From: Bacteroidia bacterium
GTDB lineage: Bacteria > Bacteroidota > Bacteroidia > J057 > JANRLA01
Assembly: GCA_033763015.1 (NCBI GenBank)
Contig: JANRLA010000031.1
Location: 1 to 60,955, forward strand
Reading direction: 5' to 3'
Length of the DNA stretch: 60,955 nucleotides
The translations under genes and the position numbers were made by a program. The notes under the pieces are model-generated. The model ran no database searches and was not told the DNA's origin. It saw nothing but the letters and a program-made list of their open reading frames with translations. This document shows, in pieces, positions 1 to 8,246 of this stretch. How positions within the stretch are numbered: position 1 is the first letter of the stretch; the number at the start of each line of letters is the position of its first letter.

Positions 1-110
1 GCCCGGCGCTCGAACCCGTGTGCATCGAACTGGCGGCCCAGGGTGGCCGTTTCGGCAAAATTGAGCTTGCAGCCTAGGGTGTAGAAGCTGACCGTCTGTG
101 GCACGAGCAC
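1..110 (-). CDS. radical-SAM methylthiotransferase (MtaB/MiaB/RimO family), N-terminal fragment running off the left edge
   Basis: Reverse-strand translation from GTG at 110 (or 104) reads (M)LVPQTVSFYTLGCKLNFAETATLGRQFDAHGFER. This matches the N-terminal TLGCKLN motif of methylthiotransferases. Only ~36 codons are visible. Confidence 0.45.
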   Translation of the reverse strand, partial: MLVPQTVSFYTLGCKLNFAETATLGRQFDAHGFERR

Positions 111-137
111 TACAACGCAGTAGCGGCCGGTTTCGTG

Positions 138-572
138 TTACTGGCCCAGCCGCACTTCAGAAAGCCGCAGTTGCAGGCTCGAAACAAAGCTCTCGGCCAG
201 CCCGCGGTTGCCCCGCTTCACCTGTACCCGCAGCACGTTCCCCTGCGTGCCCATGAGCCCTTGGCATACCGCCAGGTCGTTGAATACCAGCCGTATGCGG
301 GCGCCCGTCCAGTGCGTGGCGTACTCGGCCCGTTCGAGCGAGGTCAGGGGCAGTTCGCGCGAGATGAGGGTGCGCTCGGTTTTGGAGAAGTTGGCCGCGT
401 AGTTTACCTCGTTGTATTGCACCACCAGGTGGTCAGGGGTCAGTTTGAGCAGCCCATCGCTGCTGTAGCTGGCCCGTTGCCCCGACCACACCAGGGGGTC
501 GTTCCAGTTTACAGCGTAGCGGACCTCGAGTACCTGGGCAATCAACATGGGCCTAAAGTAGTGGTTGGCCAC
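138..572 (-). CDS. hypothetical protein (144 aa)
   Basis: The minus-strand ORF has balanced amino-acid composition. The overlapping plus-strand ORF 135..665 is Arg/Pro/Gly/His-rich, typical of a wrong frame in GC-rich DNA. It lies directly upstream of the mtaB-like fragment on the same strand. Confidence 0.5.
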   Translation of the reverse strand: MANHYFRPMLIAQVLEVRYAVNWNDPLVWSGQRASYSSDGLLKLTPDHLVVQYNEVNYAANFSKTERTLISRELPLTSLERAEYATHWTGARIRLVFNDLAVCQGLMGTQGNVLRVQVKRGNRGLAESFVSSLQLRLSEVRLGQ

Positions 573-654
573 CGGTTACGGGTCCTTGCTCGGAAAAGCG
601 AAAGCCATGGCGGCTTTTTTGCTAGTTTGGTGGACTCTGCCGTGGGGCACTGCT

Positions 655-981
655 ATGCCATTTAAGCTGCTGGCGTACGATAGACTGCGCAAAGGGGGCG
701 AAGTAGCCGCCGAGCTACCGGCCACCCTGGCCCGCCACCGGCGGTGGATTGCTATCTACCCCGTGCTGGGCGACGACCGGCAGCACTTCAAGGCCTTTCA
801 GGTGCTCGATTTTGAGCTCGACGAAGACGACCTCTCCGACTTTTTCAGTACCGACTTGCGCAAAAACCAGCAAAGGCTCAACATGCCCACCGAAGCCGAG
901 CTGTACGCGTACCTAGAGGTAAAAGGCATTGAGCCGAGCGTGTTTGACGCGCCCTGGCACTGCGACTTCCCCGCCGAATAG
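655..981 (+). CDS. hypothetical protein (108 aa)
   Basis: ORF 565..981 trimmed to the ATG at 655 (MPFKLLAYDRL...). The upstream part overlaps the divergent gene. No recognisable domain. Confidence 0.45.
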   Translation: MPFKLLAYDRLRKGGEVAAELPATLARHRRWIAIYPVLGDDRQHFKAFQVLDFELDEDDLSDFFSTDLRKNQQRLNMPTEAELYAYLEVKGIEPSVFDAPWHCDFPAE

Positions 982-1007
982 CCCCCTCCGAACAGCGATT
1001 CTAGCGG

Positions 1008-1370
1008 CTACTCGACGGCCTCTTTGAAGAATTCGTTCACCGTGCCCTTCTCGGTCGTTGTGATCGGCATGACTTCGGCACCTACCAGGTCAACGTAAAA
1101 GTTGATGTGGCCCGGCTCTACGGTCTCGGCATCGATGTGGCTGGGGACGCTGCCGGTAATGAGCACCTTGTCGCCGACGGATAGGTCGAGCGGTTGGCTT
1201 AGGGCCACACGTACCAGGTAATAGATCTGGTCGTCTTTGATGAGTTTGCGGCGCACGAGGAAGGTCATCTCGCCTGCCGACTGCTCTTCGAGCTTCCCTA
1301 CCCAGGCGACGGTCTTACCGGCGTGGTCGGGGGCGTTTTTTACGGCTGTGATGATGTCGATGGCTTCCAT
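1008..1370 (-). CDS. hypothetical protein (120 aa)
   Basis: Clean ORF with protein-like composition. A TAGTTTCG -7-like box lies 28 nt upstream on the same strand. Confidence 0.55.
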   Translation of the reverse strand: MEAIDIITAVKNAPDHAGKTVAWVGKLEEQSAGEMTFLVRRKLIKDDQIYYLVRVALSQPLDLSVGDKVLITGSVPSHIDAETVEPGHINFYVDLVGAEVMPITTTEKGTVNEFFKEAVE

Positions 1371-1397
1371 AGGTGCAGTTTGGGGTGTGTGCTCTCA

Positions 1398-1405
1398 CGA
1401 AACTA
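1398..1405 (-). promoter_or_regulatory. candidate Bacteroidota -7 box (TAGTTTCG)
   Basis: Reverse complement of CGAAACTA, 28 nt upstream of the ATG at 1370. It is a near match to TAnnTTTG. Confidence 0.25.
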
Positions 1406-1562
1406 GCCTCTAGGGGTCGCGGTAGACCGTTTTGCTTTTCCACGCACTTTGAGCACCCGCGTGAAATCGGTGTGCATTAGCTCGTAAACCTGTTGGCCCC
1501 GAAAGTGTTAGCGTGTGCAAAGCGCCTACCGGGCACGTGCGTAGTCCGCGTAGCTTGCCCGT

Positions 1563-2114
1563 ATGCGCACTGCCCTTTTTCTAGCCTGTATGCTCCTGGC
1601 GGCTGTAGGCTACGCCCAGACACCTGCTACAACCCCGACACCAACCCCTGCCACGCCCTCGCCCTACGCTGCCGACACCGAGTCGCCCGATGCCCTCATT
1701 GCTGCGCTCTACGGTGTGATATCGGGGCCGGTGGGGCAAGCCCGCGATTGGGACCGGTTCCGCAACCTGTTTCACCCCAAAGGGCACCTCATGGCCGTGG
1801 CCCCGAACAAAGACGGCGTGTACCAGGCCTACTACCTAACGCCCGACGACTACATTGCCCGCAGCGGCCCTCGGCTGGTCGAGCTGGGTTTTCATGAAAT
1901 CGAGCTTGCCCGCACCACCGACAGCTACGGGCCCATCGTTCAGGTGTTTACCACCTACCAGGCCTACGCCGGCAGCCCCAGCGGCGAGCGCATTGCCCGC
2001 GGCATCAACAGCGTGCAGCTGGTACAGGAGCAGGGCCGCTGGTGGATACTCAGCATCGCGTGGCACGGCGAAACGCCCGCTACACCACTGCCCGAAAAGT
2101 ACCTCAAGCACTAG
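1563..2114 (+). CDS. secreted protein, possibly NTF2-like (SnoaL/DUF4440-type) fold
   Basis: N-terminal signal peptide MRTALFLACMLLAAVGYAQ followed by a Pro/Thr linker and a ~130-aa globular part ending GRWWILSIAWHGE. The fold assignment is tentative. Confidence 0.6.
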   Translation: MRTALFLACMLLAAVGYAQTPATTPTPTPATPSPYAADTESPDALIAALYGVISGPVGQARDWDRFRNLFHPKGHLMAVAPNKDGVYQAYYLTPDDYIARSGPRLVELGFHEIELARTTDSYGPIVQVFTTYQAYAGSPSGERIARGINSVQLVQEQGRWWILSIAWHGETPATPLPEKYLKH

Positions 2115-2116
2115 GG

Positions 2117-3454
2117 TTACTTCTTGCCCGGCATGGGCAGGCTCTCGAGGCTGCGCCCCGCACCGACCATCTTGTTCATGGTCTTCATCATTTTGCGCAT
2201 CTCTTCAAACTGCTTGAGCAGTTGGTTGACTTCTTGCACCGTGCGGCCTGAACCGCCCGCGATGCGTTTGCGGCGGGGCCCGCTGATGAGCTGAGGGTTG
2301 CGCCGCTCTTCCAGGGTCATGCTCTGGATGATGGCCTCGATGTGCTTAAACGAGTCGTCTTCGATATTCACATCGCGCAGTTGCTTGCCCAGGCCGGGTA
2401 TCATGCCCACGATGTCTTTGAGGCTGCCCATCTTTTTGATGGTGCGCAGCTGGCCCAGGAAGTCTTCGAAGTCGAACTGGTTTTTGCGGATTTTCTTTTG
2501 GAGCCGTTCGGCTTCGGCCTGGTCGAACTGCTCCTGGGCCCGCTCGACGAGGGTCACTACGTCGCCCATGCCCAGAATGCGGCTGGCCATGCGCTCGGGG
2601 TAGAAGGCGTCGATGCCGTCTAGCTTCTCGCCGGTGCCTACAAACTTGATGGGCTTGTTCACGACGGCGCGGATGCTGATGGCGGCCCCGCCACGGGTGT
2701 CGCCATCGAGCTTGGTTAGCACCACGCCCGTGAAGTCGAGCCGCTCGTTGAAGGCCTGGGCCGTATTGACCGCGTCCTGGCCCGTCATGGCATCCACCAC
2801 GAAGAGGATCTCGTGGGGGTTAATGGCAGCCTTGACAGCTGCAATCTCGGCCATCATCTCCTCGTCTACGGCCAGCCGACCGGCCGTATCGATGATGACG
2901 GTGTCTTTGCCGAGCTGCCGGGCCTGTTGGATGGCCTTTTTCGCGATGTCGACCGGGTTGGTGTTGCCCGGCTCGGCGTAGATGGGCACGCCCACCTGCT
3001 CGGCGAGGACGGTCAGCTGGTCGATGGCGGCGGGCCGGTAGACGTCGCAGGCCGCTACGAGCGGGTTTTTACCCTTGCGCTTGAGGTGGCTGGCCAGCTT
3101 GCCGGTAAAGGTGGTTTTACCCGACCCCTGCAGCCCGCTCATGAGGATGACCGTGGGCGGGTTCTTGGCGAAGGTGAGCTGGGCCTCGTCGCCGCCCATG
3201 AGCGCTACGAGCTCGTCGTGGACGATTTTGGTGAAGAGCTGGCCGGGCGAGACCGAAATGAGGATGTCTTGGCCCAGGGCCTTTTCCTTCACCCGGTCGG
3301 TGAAGTCTTTGGCGACTTTGTAGTTGACGTCTGCATCGAGCAGCGCGCGGCGGATTTCGCGCACGGTCTCGGCCACGTTGATTTCGCTGATTTTACCCTG
3401 CCCCCGCAGGGTCTTGAAGGCGCCTTCTAAGCGCCGTTGCAAACTGTTGAACAT
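2117..3454 (-). CDS. ffh: signal recognition particle protein Ffh
   Basis: MFNSLQRRLEGAFKTLRG N-terminus. GTPase motifs GLQGSGKTT, DTAGR and TKLDGD. Met-rich M domain at the C-terminus. Start trimmed to the ATG at 3454. Confidence 0.95.
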   Translation of the reverse strand: MFNSLQRRLEGAFKTLRGQGKISEINVAETVREIRRALLDADVNYKVAKDFTDRVKEKALGQDILISVSPGQLFTKIVHDELVALMGGDEAQLTFAKNPPTVILMSGLQGSGKTTFTGKLASHLKRKGKNPLVAACDVYRPAAIDQLTVLAEQVGVPIYAEPGNTNPVDIAKKAIQQARQLGKDTVIIDTAGRLAVDEEMMAEIAAVKAAINPHEILFVVDAMTGQDAVNTAQAFNERLDFTGVVLTKLDGDTRGGAAISIRAVVNKPIKFVGTGEKLDGIDAFYPERMASRILGMGDVVTLVERAQEQFDQAEAERLQKKIRKNQFDFEDFLGQLRTIKKMGSLKDIVGMIPGLGKQLRDVNIEDDSFKHIEAIIQSMTLEERRNPQLISGPRRKRIAGGSGRTVQEVNQLLKQFEEMRKMMKTMNKMVGAGRSLESLPMPGKK

Positions 3455-3524
3455 CGCCTCGTAGTAGGCAGGCAGGCCGCTGGTGGCCACCTAGCCAAGG
3501 GCAAAGGTACGTTTTAGGGGCGCT

Positions 3525-3842
3525 CTAGCCGTAGGGTTCGTCGCTGCGGGGGGCCTGGGCCACAAGGTTGGGGTGGGGGTAGCGGCCCACGCGGTACAGG
3601 TTGTGCAGCACCAGCTGCGGGGGCTGTAGCAGCACTAGCCGCCCCCCGCCGTCGAGCCAGTCGGCCAACAGGCGCGTGAGGGCCCCCATGGCGTAGCCGT
3701 CGAGCACGTCGCAGACTTCGAAATCGAGTTTACGTGTGCCCTCGGGGCCTCTGGCCCATTGGGTGGCAAAGTCTGGCCACGTGGGCTGCGTTAGGTCGTC
3801 GGTGAGCGCCCAGCAGTTCCCCGACCACGTGCCCAGCCCCAC
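3525..3842 (-). CDS. hypothetical protein, weak STAS-like pattern
   Basis: GTG-initiated 105-aa ORF between the TonB-like gene and ffh. The segment LDFEVCDVLDGYAMGALTRLLADWLDGGGRLVLL resembles the STAS/anti-sigma-antagonist core but lacks the phosphorylatable Ser. Weak call. Confidence 0.4.
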   Translation of the reverse strand: MGLGTWSGNCWALTDDLTQPTWPDFATQWARGPEGTRKLDFEVCDVLDGYAMGALTRLLADWLDGGGRLVLLQPPQLVLHNLYRVGRYPHPNLVAQAPRSDEPYG

Positions 3843-3854
3843 GGCCTGCGGGCG

Positions 3855-5192
3855 TTAGTCGTAGTGGGGTGCGCGCGGCAGGGCGCTCAACTGGGTGCTG
3901 AGCTGGGGCTTGTCGCGCTTGTTGAAGATGAAGAAGCCCTTCTTCTTCTCCAGGCTGCCCCCTTCGGCTGTGAACGTGACAATGAAGTGCACCCAGGTGC
4001 CTTTGGGCGTGCCATCTTCGCCACGCGCGGGGCTAAAGCGGGCCCGTTTAAAGAGCCGCCCTGCCTCGAGCGTGAAGTCGTACTCGGGACTTTGCACGAT
4101 ACGGGCGCCCACGACTTCGGTCTTGCGGGTGGGCTTTTTGATGTCGGGTTGCACGTATAGGGCGGCGACCACGGTTCCTTCGCGGCCAATGATACGGGCC
4201 AGCTTGGGGTAGCGCAGTTTGCGGTTCAGCTTACGGGCGTTGAGCAGCTCGGGCCACTGGTCGATGGCGGGGCGGTCGGTGAGTGGGGGTAGGTTCACCT
4301 TGCCGCGCTTGGCCTGTTTCTTGAGCTTTTTTTGCTGCCTTTTCAGGTCTTTTTGCTCCTGTTTGGCCCGTTTCTCGAACTTCTTCGAGTCGGGCTCGGG
4401 TAGGGTGACGGCCTTGCCCTTGGCCTGGCGCCGCTGCTGCGATTTGGTGAGGCCGGTGGCCGAAACGGGGGCCTTGCCGGCTTTGACGTTGGGCGAAAAC
4501 TCGACTGCGTTGTAGATACCGACCAGCTGAAAGTCGAAGGGCAGGTCTACCCGTGTCTCGACCGGGGCGTTGTTGACCGAGCCAGGGCTAAACCGCAGCT
4601 CGGGCAACCCGGCCACCACGGGCTCGGTGAGCAGCCTGTGGGGGCTGGTCAAGATCTCGTAATCGGTTACGCGGCCCCCGGTACTTACCGTGACCCGGAC
4701 CATAACCCGCCCCAGGATGCCCGATTCCTTGGCCAGTTTGGGGTAGCCAATCTTCTGGCGCACGAAACTCAGGTTCTGGGGTAGCGCCTCGCTGCGGGCC
4801 TGGCCGGTGCCGTCGAACTGAAAGTTGAAGGCTACGGTGGTCCAGCAGGCTACGGTCTGGTTGAGCCGTACGGCTGGCTGGAAGCGTGCCTTGGGCAGTA
4901 CTTTCTCGCACGCCAAGGTGAGCAGTGTATCGGCTGAGGCCAGAACAACGTGCTTGAGGTAGGTGCCTTCGGGCGCTACAAGGACCCGAAACGTGGTGCG
5001 GTCGGTAATGGTACGCGATGCCAGGGTACTGGGCACCTCGATAGCGGCACTCAACTCGCTAAAATTCAGGAGGATGGGTTTGCGCTCCACCTCGTATTCC
5101 TGGTAACTCTCCTGGGCAGAAACCCAAGGGGTTAGCCCCACTACCAGGGCCAGCACTGCGCCCAGGCGCAGGTAACGGTGTACACGAATCAT
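3855..5192 (-). CDS. TonB-family protein with three TonB C-terminal-like repeats
   Basis: Signal/anchor MIRVHRYLRLGAVLALVVGL. It carries repeated YPKLA..G..G.V.V motifs (IGYPKLAKESGILGRVMVRVTV and LRYPKLARIIGREGTVVAALYV) and a Lys-rich linker (KRAKQEQKDLKRQQKKLKKQAKRGK). Confidence 0.75.
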   Translation of the reverse strand: MIRVHRYLRLGAVLALVVGLTPWVSAQESYQEYEVERKPILLNFSELSAAIEVPSTLASRTITDRTTFRVLVAPEGTYLKHVVLASADTLLTLACEKVLPKARFQPAVRLNQTVACWTTVAFNFQFDGTGQARSEALPQNLSFVRQKIGYPKLAKESGILGRVMVRVTVSTGGRVTDYEILTSPHRLLTEPVVAGLPELRFSPGSVNNAPVETRVDLPFDFQLVGIYNAVEFSPNVKAGKAPVSATGLTKSQQRRQAKGKAVTLPEPDSKKFEKRAKQEQKDLKRQQKKLKKQAKRGKVNLPPLTDRPAIDQWPELLNARKLNRKLRYPKLARIIGREGTVVAALYVQPDIKKPTRKTEVVGARIVQSPEYDFTLEAGRLFKRARFSPARGEDGTPKGTWVHFIVTFTAEGGSLEKKKGFFIFNKRDKPQLSTQLSALPRAPHYD

Positions 5193-5334
5193 ACCGACAG
5201 TTAGGGCGGCAAAACTACGCCATTTTCGGTGCCACGGGGGGGCGCAGAGGCAAGGTAGTGGCCGTTGGCGTGGGTAGGGTAGCAGTTGTTACTGCGTGCA
5301 GGTGGTCTACGTCTGTAGAGGGGCTGTAACGAAA

Positions 5335-5360
5335 GTGGCTGTCCCCAGGGAAACAGCCAC
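5335..5360 (-). terminator. hairpin downstream of the DUF2147 gene
   Basis: GTGGCTGT / ACAGCCAC 8-bp stem with a 10-nt loop. On the minus strand it is followed by TTTCGTT. Confidence 0.35.
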
Positions 5361-5450
5361 ACACACCTACACACAACATTTATTGTACTGGGCTGGCCGA
5401 AGCATAGGAGCTTTGTAAACCACCCCCACAACTAAAGACGTATTTAGTGA

Positions 5451-5801
5451 CTAATGTTTGACCCACTCTACCGTTCGTGAGGCGATACCGGCACTTACGG
5501 CAACACTCAGCTTGCTGGCATCTTGTTTCGTGATGGTTACTTCTGCCCATTTGCCCAGCCGGGGTACGTACAGTTGGCCTTTCCATTCGTTCCCGGTAAG
5601 CTTGACGTCTTTAAGCATTAGTTTTCCTTTGAGTTCTGCATTGTCTGAAGCGACGACGGTACCGGTAGAAACGCCGCCCACTTTTTTGATGTCGAGGAGC
5701 GTATTATCCTTGCCCATATTCCAAACCCCGGTAATGGTGCTTTGGGCATGCATGGAAAGGGCAGCTACTGCAAGGCCAAGTGATAAAACGAACTTTTTCA
5801 T
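5451..5801 (-). CDS. DUF2147-like secreted protein
   Basis: ORF 5451..6101 trimmed to MKKFVLSLGLAVAALSMHAQ (signal peptide). GVWNMGKDNTLLDI and GQLYVPRLGKWAEVTI are typical of DUF2147. Confidence 0.7.
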   Translation of the reverse strand: MKKFVLSLGLAVAALSMHAQSTITGVWNMGKDNTLLDIKKVGGVSTGTVVASDNAELKGKLMLKDVKLTGNEWKGQLYVPRLGKWAEVTITKQDASKLSVAVSAGIASRTVEWVKH

Positions 5802-6161
5802 TGCGGAATAAGCGTAGGGGATGCGTGAGAGGTTGGTTGTTTGAACTGTATAGTGCTTGCCTGAAAAGGATTTTCTGCAAAGGGTATACCACTTGGGTAG
5901 GTTTCGCGGCAGTCGACGCGCTGCGATGGGTGCCACCCAGGTGTAACGGTTGTGCTGCGGCGGAATTGGAGGTTTTGTTGGCGGTAGATGCGGTACAAAA
6001 TTGAAGGGCTGCGGACCTGAACCCGTCAACATATGTCGAAATGTATTGCGAGGGCGCTCGCAGCCTACTGGCAGATTGGGTAGGCGCTCTTGGCCGGCCA
6101 CCCACTACCGTTGCCCTTACCTGGGTGTAGGGTACTGGGCAAAAACGCATTTTGCAGCGCT

Positions 6162-7559
6162 ATGACTCACTGCTACCTCCGTCGCTGGGCGCCCGCCGTG
6201 GTGGGCGCATTCCTCCCGCTCCTTTTGCAGGGGCAGGCACCACCCACCGACGATGCCGCTACGCTGCGCCGTATCTACGACGAAGCCCTGCTGCGTGGGC
6301 AGGCCTATAGCGAGCTGCGGGTGCTTACCCAAACCATTGGCGGCCGGCTGGCGGGCAGCCCTCAGGCGGCAGCGGCGGTCGAGTGGGCGCACCAGCTCTT
6401 GGTGCGCAATGGCATGGATACTGTGTACCTGCAGCCTGTGCGCGTGCCCCACTGGGTACGGGGTAGCGACGAGCAGGGCCACCTGCTGGGTGGCGCTACA
6501 GGCCCCGAAGTACCCTTGGCACTTACGGCGCTGGGAGGCTCGGCCGGCACCCCGCCCGAGGGTATTGCCGCCGAAGTGGTGGTGGTGCAAACCCTCGACG
6601 AACTGCGGCAACTGGGTGCAGCCGTGAAGGGTAAAATCGTCTTCTTCAATCGGCCGATGGACCAGCGGTTCATCCGCACCGGGCAGGCCTACGGTGCGGC
6701 GGGCGACCAGCGGCGGGCCGGGCCCAGCCTGGCGGCCAGCCTGGGGGCCGTGGGGGCACTGGTGCGCTCGCTGAGCACAACCACCGACGAGTTCCCCCAT
6801 ACCGGAGGCACGCGCTTCGAGGCGGGGCAAGCGCCGATCCCGTGCGCGGCCATTGCAACCGCGAGCGCCGACCGGCTGGCGGCGGCCCTGGGCCAGGAGC
6901 CTAGCCGACGGCTCTACCTCAAACTCTCGTGCCAGACCCTGCCCGATAAGCTCTCGTACAACGTGGTGGGCGAACTGCGCGGCACCCTGGCCCCAGATAG
7001 CATCGTGCTGGTGGGGGGCCACCTAGACGCCTGGGACAATGGCGAGGGCGCCCACGACGACGGCGCGGGCTGCGTCCACGCCATCGAAGCCCTGCGGCTC
7101 TTCAAAACCCTGGGCCTGCGGCCGCGCCATACCCTTAGGTGCGTGCTGTTCATGAACGAAGAGAACGGCCTGGCCGGTGGCCTGGCCTACGCCGATAGCG
7201 CCCGCACAGAGCCCCACCTGGCTGCGCTCGAAAGCGACGCCGGCGGCTTTGTGCCCCGCGGCTTTGGGCTCGATGGCAGTGCGGCCGCCCTGGCACAGCT
7301 GCGCAGTTGGGCCCCGCTCTTTGAGCCATACTGGGTCGAACGGTTCGAGGCCGGCGGCGGCGGGGCCGACATTGGGCCCCTGCGCCCACGGGGCATCCCC
7401 CTTATCGGCTTCATCCCTGACTCGCAGCGCTACTTCGACCTGCACCACACGGCCAACGACACCTTCGACAAGGTCAACGCCCGCGAGCTGCACCTGGGCT
7501 GTGCCGCCATCGCCAGCCTGCTGTACCTGATCGACACCCACGGGTTGCCGAGCCGGTAA
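6162..7559 (+). CDS. M28-family zinc aminopeptidase
   Basis: Signal-like N-terminus. Metal-ligand motifs GGHLDAWDNGEGAHDDGAG and FMNEENG, plus a C-terminal HHTANDT. Start trimmed to the ATG at 6162. Confidence 0.85.
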   Translation: MTHCYLRRWAPAVVGAFLPLLLQGQAPPTDDAATLRRIYDEALLRGQAYSELRVLTQTIGGRLAGSPQAAAAVEWAHQLLVRNGMDTVYLQPVRVPHWVRGSDEQGHLLGGATGPEVPLALTALGGSAGTPPEGIAAEVVVVQTLDELRQLGAAVKGKIVFFNRPMDQRFIRTGQAYGAAGDQRRAGPSLAASLGAVGALVRSLSTTTDEFPHTGGTRFEAGQAPIPCAAIATASADRLAAALGQEPSRRLYLKLSCQTLPDKLSYNVVGELRGTLAPDSIVLVGGHLDAWDNGEGAHDDGAGCVHAIEALRLFKTLGLRPRHTLRCVLFMNEENGLAGGLAYADSARTEPHLAALESDAGGFVPRGFGLDGSAAALAQLRSWAPLFEPYWVERFEAGGGGADIGPLRPRGIPLIGFIPDSQRYFDLHHTANDTFDKVNARELHLGCAAIASLLYLIDTHGLPSR

Positions 7560-7599
7560 CCGCACATCCCTCCCGTATACCGCTTGCCCATATAACGAC

Positions 7600-7968
7600 A
7601 TGCCGAGCCACGACGAACGCATTGCCAGGATGACCTTTGCCTCGGTGTACCCCCACTACGTTGAAAAGGTGGTGAAGAAGGGGCGCACCCAGGAGGAGCT
7701 GCACCAGGTCATTGAATGGCTGACCGGCTTTGACGCCCCCAAGCTGCAGGCACTCATGGAAGCGAAAGCCAGCTTTGAATCCTTCTTTGCGCAGGCGACC
7801 CTCAACCCACATGCGGGGCTCATAACCGGGGTTATCTGTGGGTACAGGGTCGAAGACATCCAGAACCCGCTTACCCAAAAAGTCCGGTACCTGGACAAGC
7901 TGGTCGACGAACTGGCCAAGGGCAAACCGATGGCGAAAATTCTGCGCTCGCCCCAGCCGAGTGCCTAG
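7600..7968 (+). CDS. DUF2200 domain protein
   Basis: IARMTFASVYPHYVEKVVKKGRTQEELHQVIEWLTG matches the characteristic DUF2200 N-terminus. Confidence 0.7.
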   Translation: MPSHDERIARMTFASVYPHYVEKVVKKGRTQEELHQVIEWLTGFDAPKLQALMEAKASFESFFAQATLNPHAGLITGVICGYRVEDIQNPLTQKVRYLDKLVDELAKGKPMAKILRSPQPSA

Positions 7969-8032
7969 CCGCCAGCAAGCGGGCACAACAGCAAACACCC
8001 CACGCCGGTTGCCCGAGGTGGGGTGCTACTTG

Positions 8033-8105
8033 AGCGGGAAACGGGGTTCGAACCCGCGACCTTCAGTTTGGGAAACTGATGCTCTACCAACTGAGCTACT
8101 CCCGC
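8033..8105 (-). tRNA. tRNA-Gly (anticodon CCC)
   Basis: The reverse complement GCGGGAGTAGCTCAGTTGGTAGAGCATCAGTTTCCCAAACTGAAGGTCGCGGGTTCGAACCCCGTTTCCCGCT folds as a cloverleaf. Anticodon loop TTCCCAA. Confidence 0.9.
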
Positions 8106-8136
8106 ACAACCTACCGGCAGGGTTGCCTGCCGAGAG

Positions 8137-8209
8137 AGCCACTAGGCGGACTCGAACCGCCGACCTATGCTTTACGAAAGCAGCGCTCTACCGGCTGAGC
8201 TATAGTGGC
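8137..8209 (-). tRNA. tRNA-Thr (anticodon CGT)
   Basis: The reverse complement GCCACTATAGCTCAGCCGGTAGAGCGCTGCTTTCGTAAAGCATAGGTCGGCGGTTCGAGTCCGCCTAGTGGCT folds as a cloverleaf. Anticodon loop TTCGTAA. Confidence 0.9.
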
Positions 8210-8225
8210 AACCGTAACCGGGCTG

Positions 8226-8233
8226 CAAATATA
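8226..8233 (-). promoter_or_regulatory. -7 box TATATTTG for the tRNA-Thr/tRNA-Gly transcription unit
   Basis: Perfect TAnnTTTG on the minus strand, 16 nt upstream of the tRNA-Thr 5' end. Confidence 0.45.
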
Positions 8234-8246
8234 CGCGCCTCGGGCA

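Noticed and set aside
135-665. 176-aa plus-strand ORF overlapping 138..572
   Set aside because: Its Arg/Pro/His/Gly-rich composition points to a wrong frame. The minus-strand frame is protein-like and co-oriented with the downstream mtaB-like fragment.
5802-6101. N-terminal extension of ORF 5451..6101 (216 aa), and ORFs 5704..6150 and 5950..6165
   Set aside because: The DUF2147-like protein begins with a canonical signal peptide at the ATG at 5801. The upstream 100 codons are Pro/Arg-rich non-coding-like sequence in the divergent promoter region.
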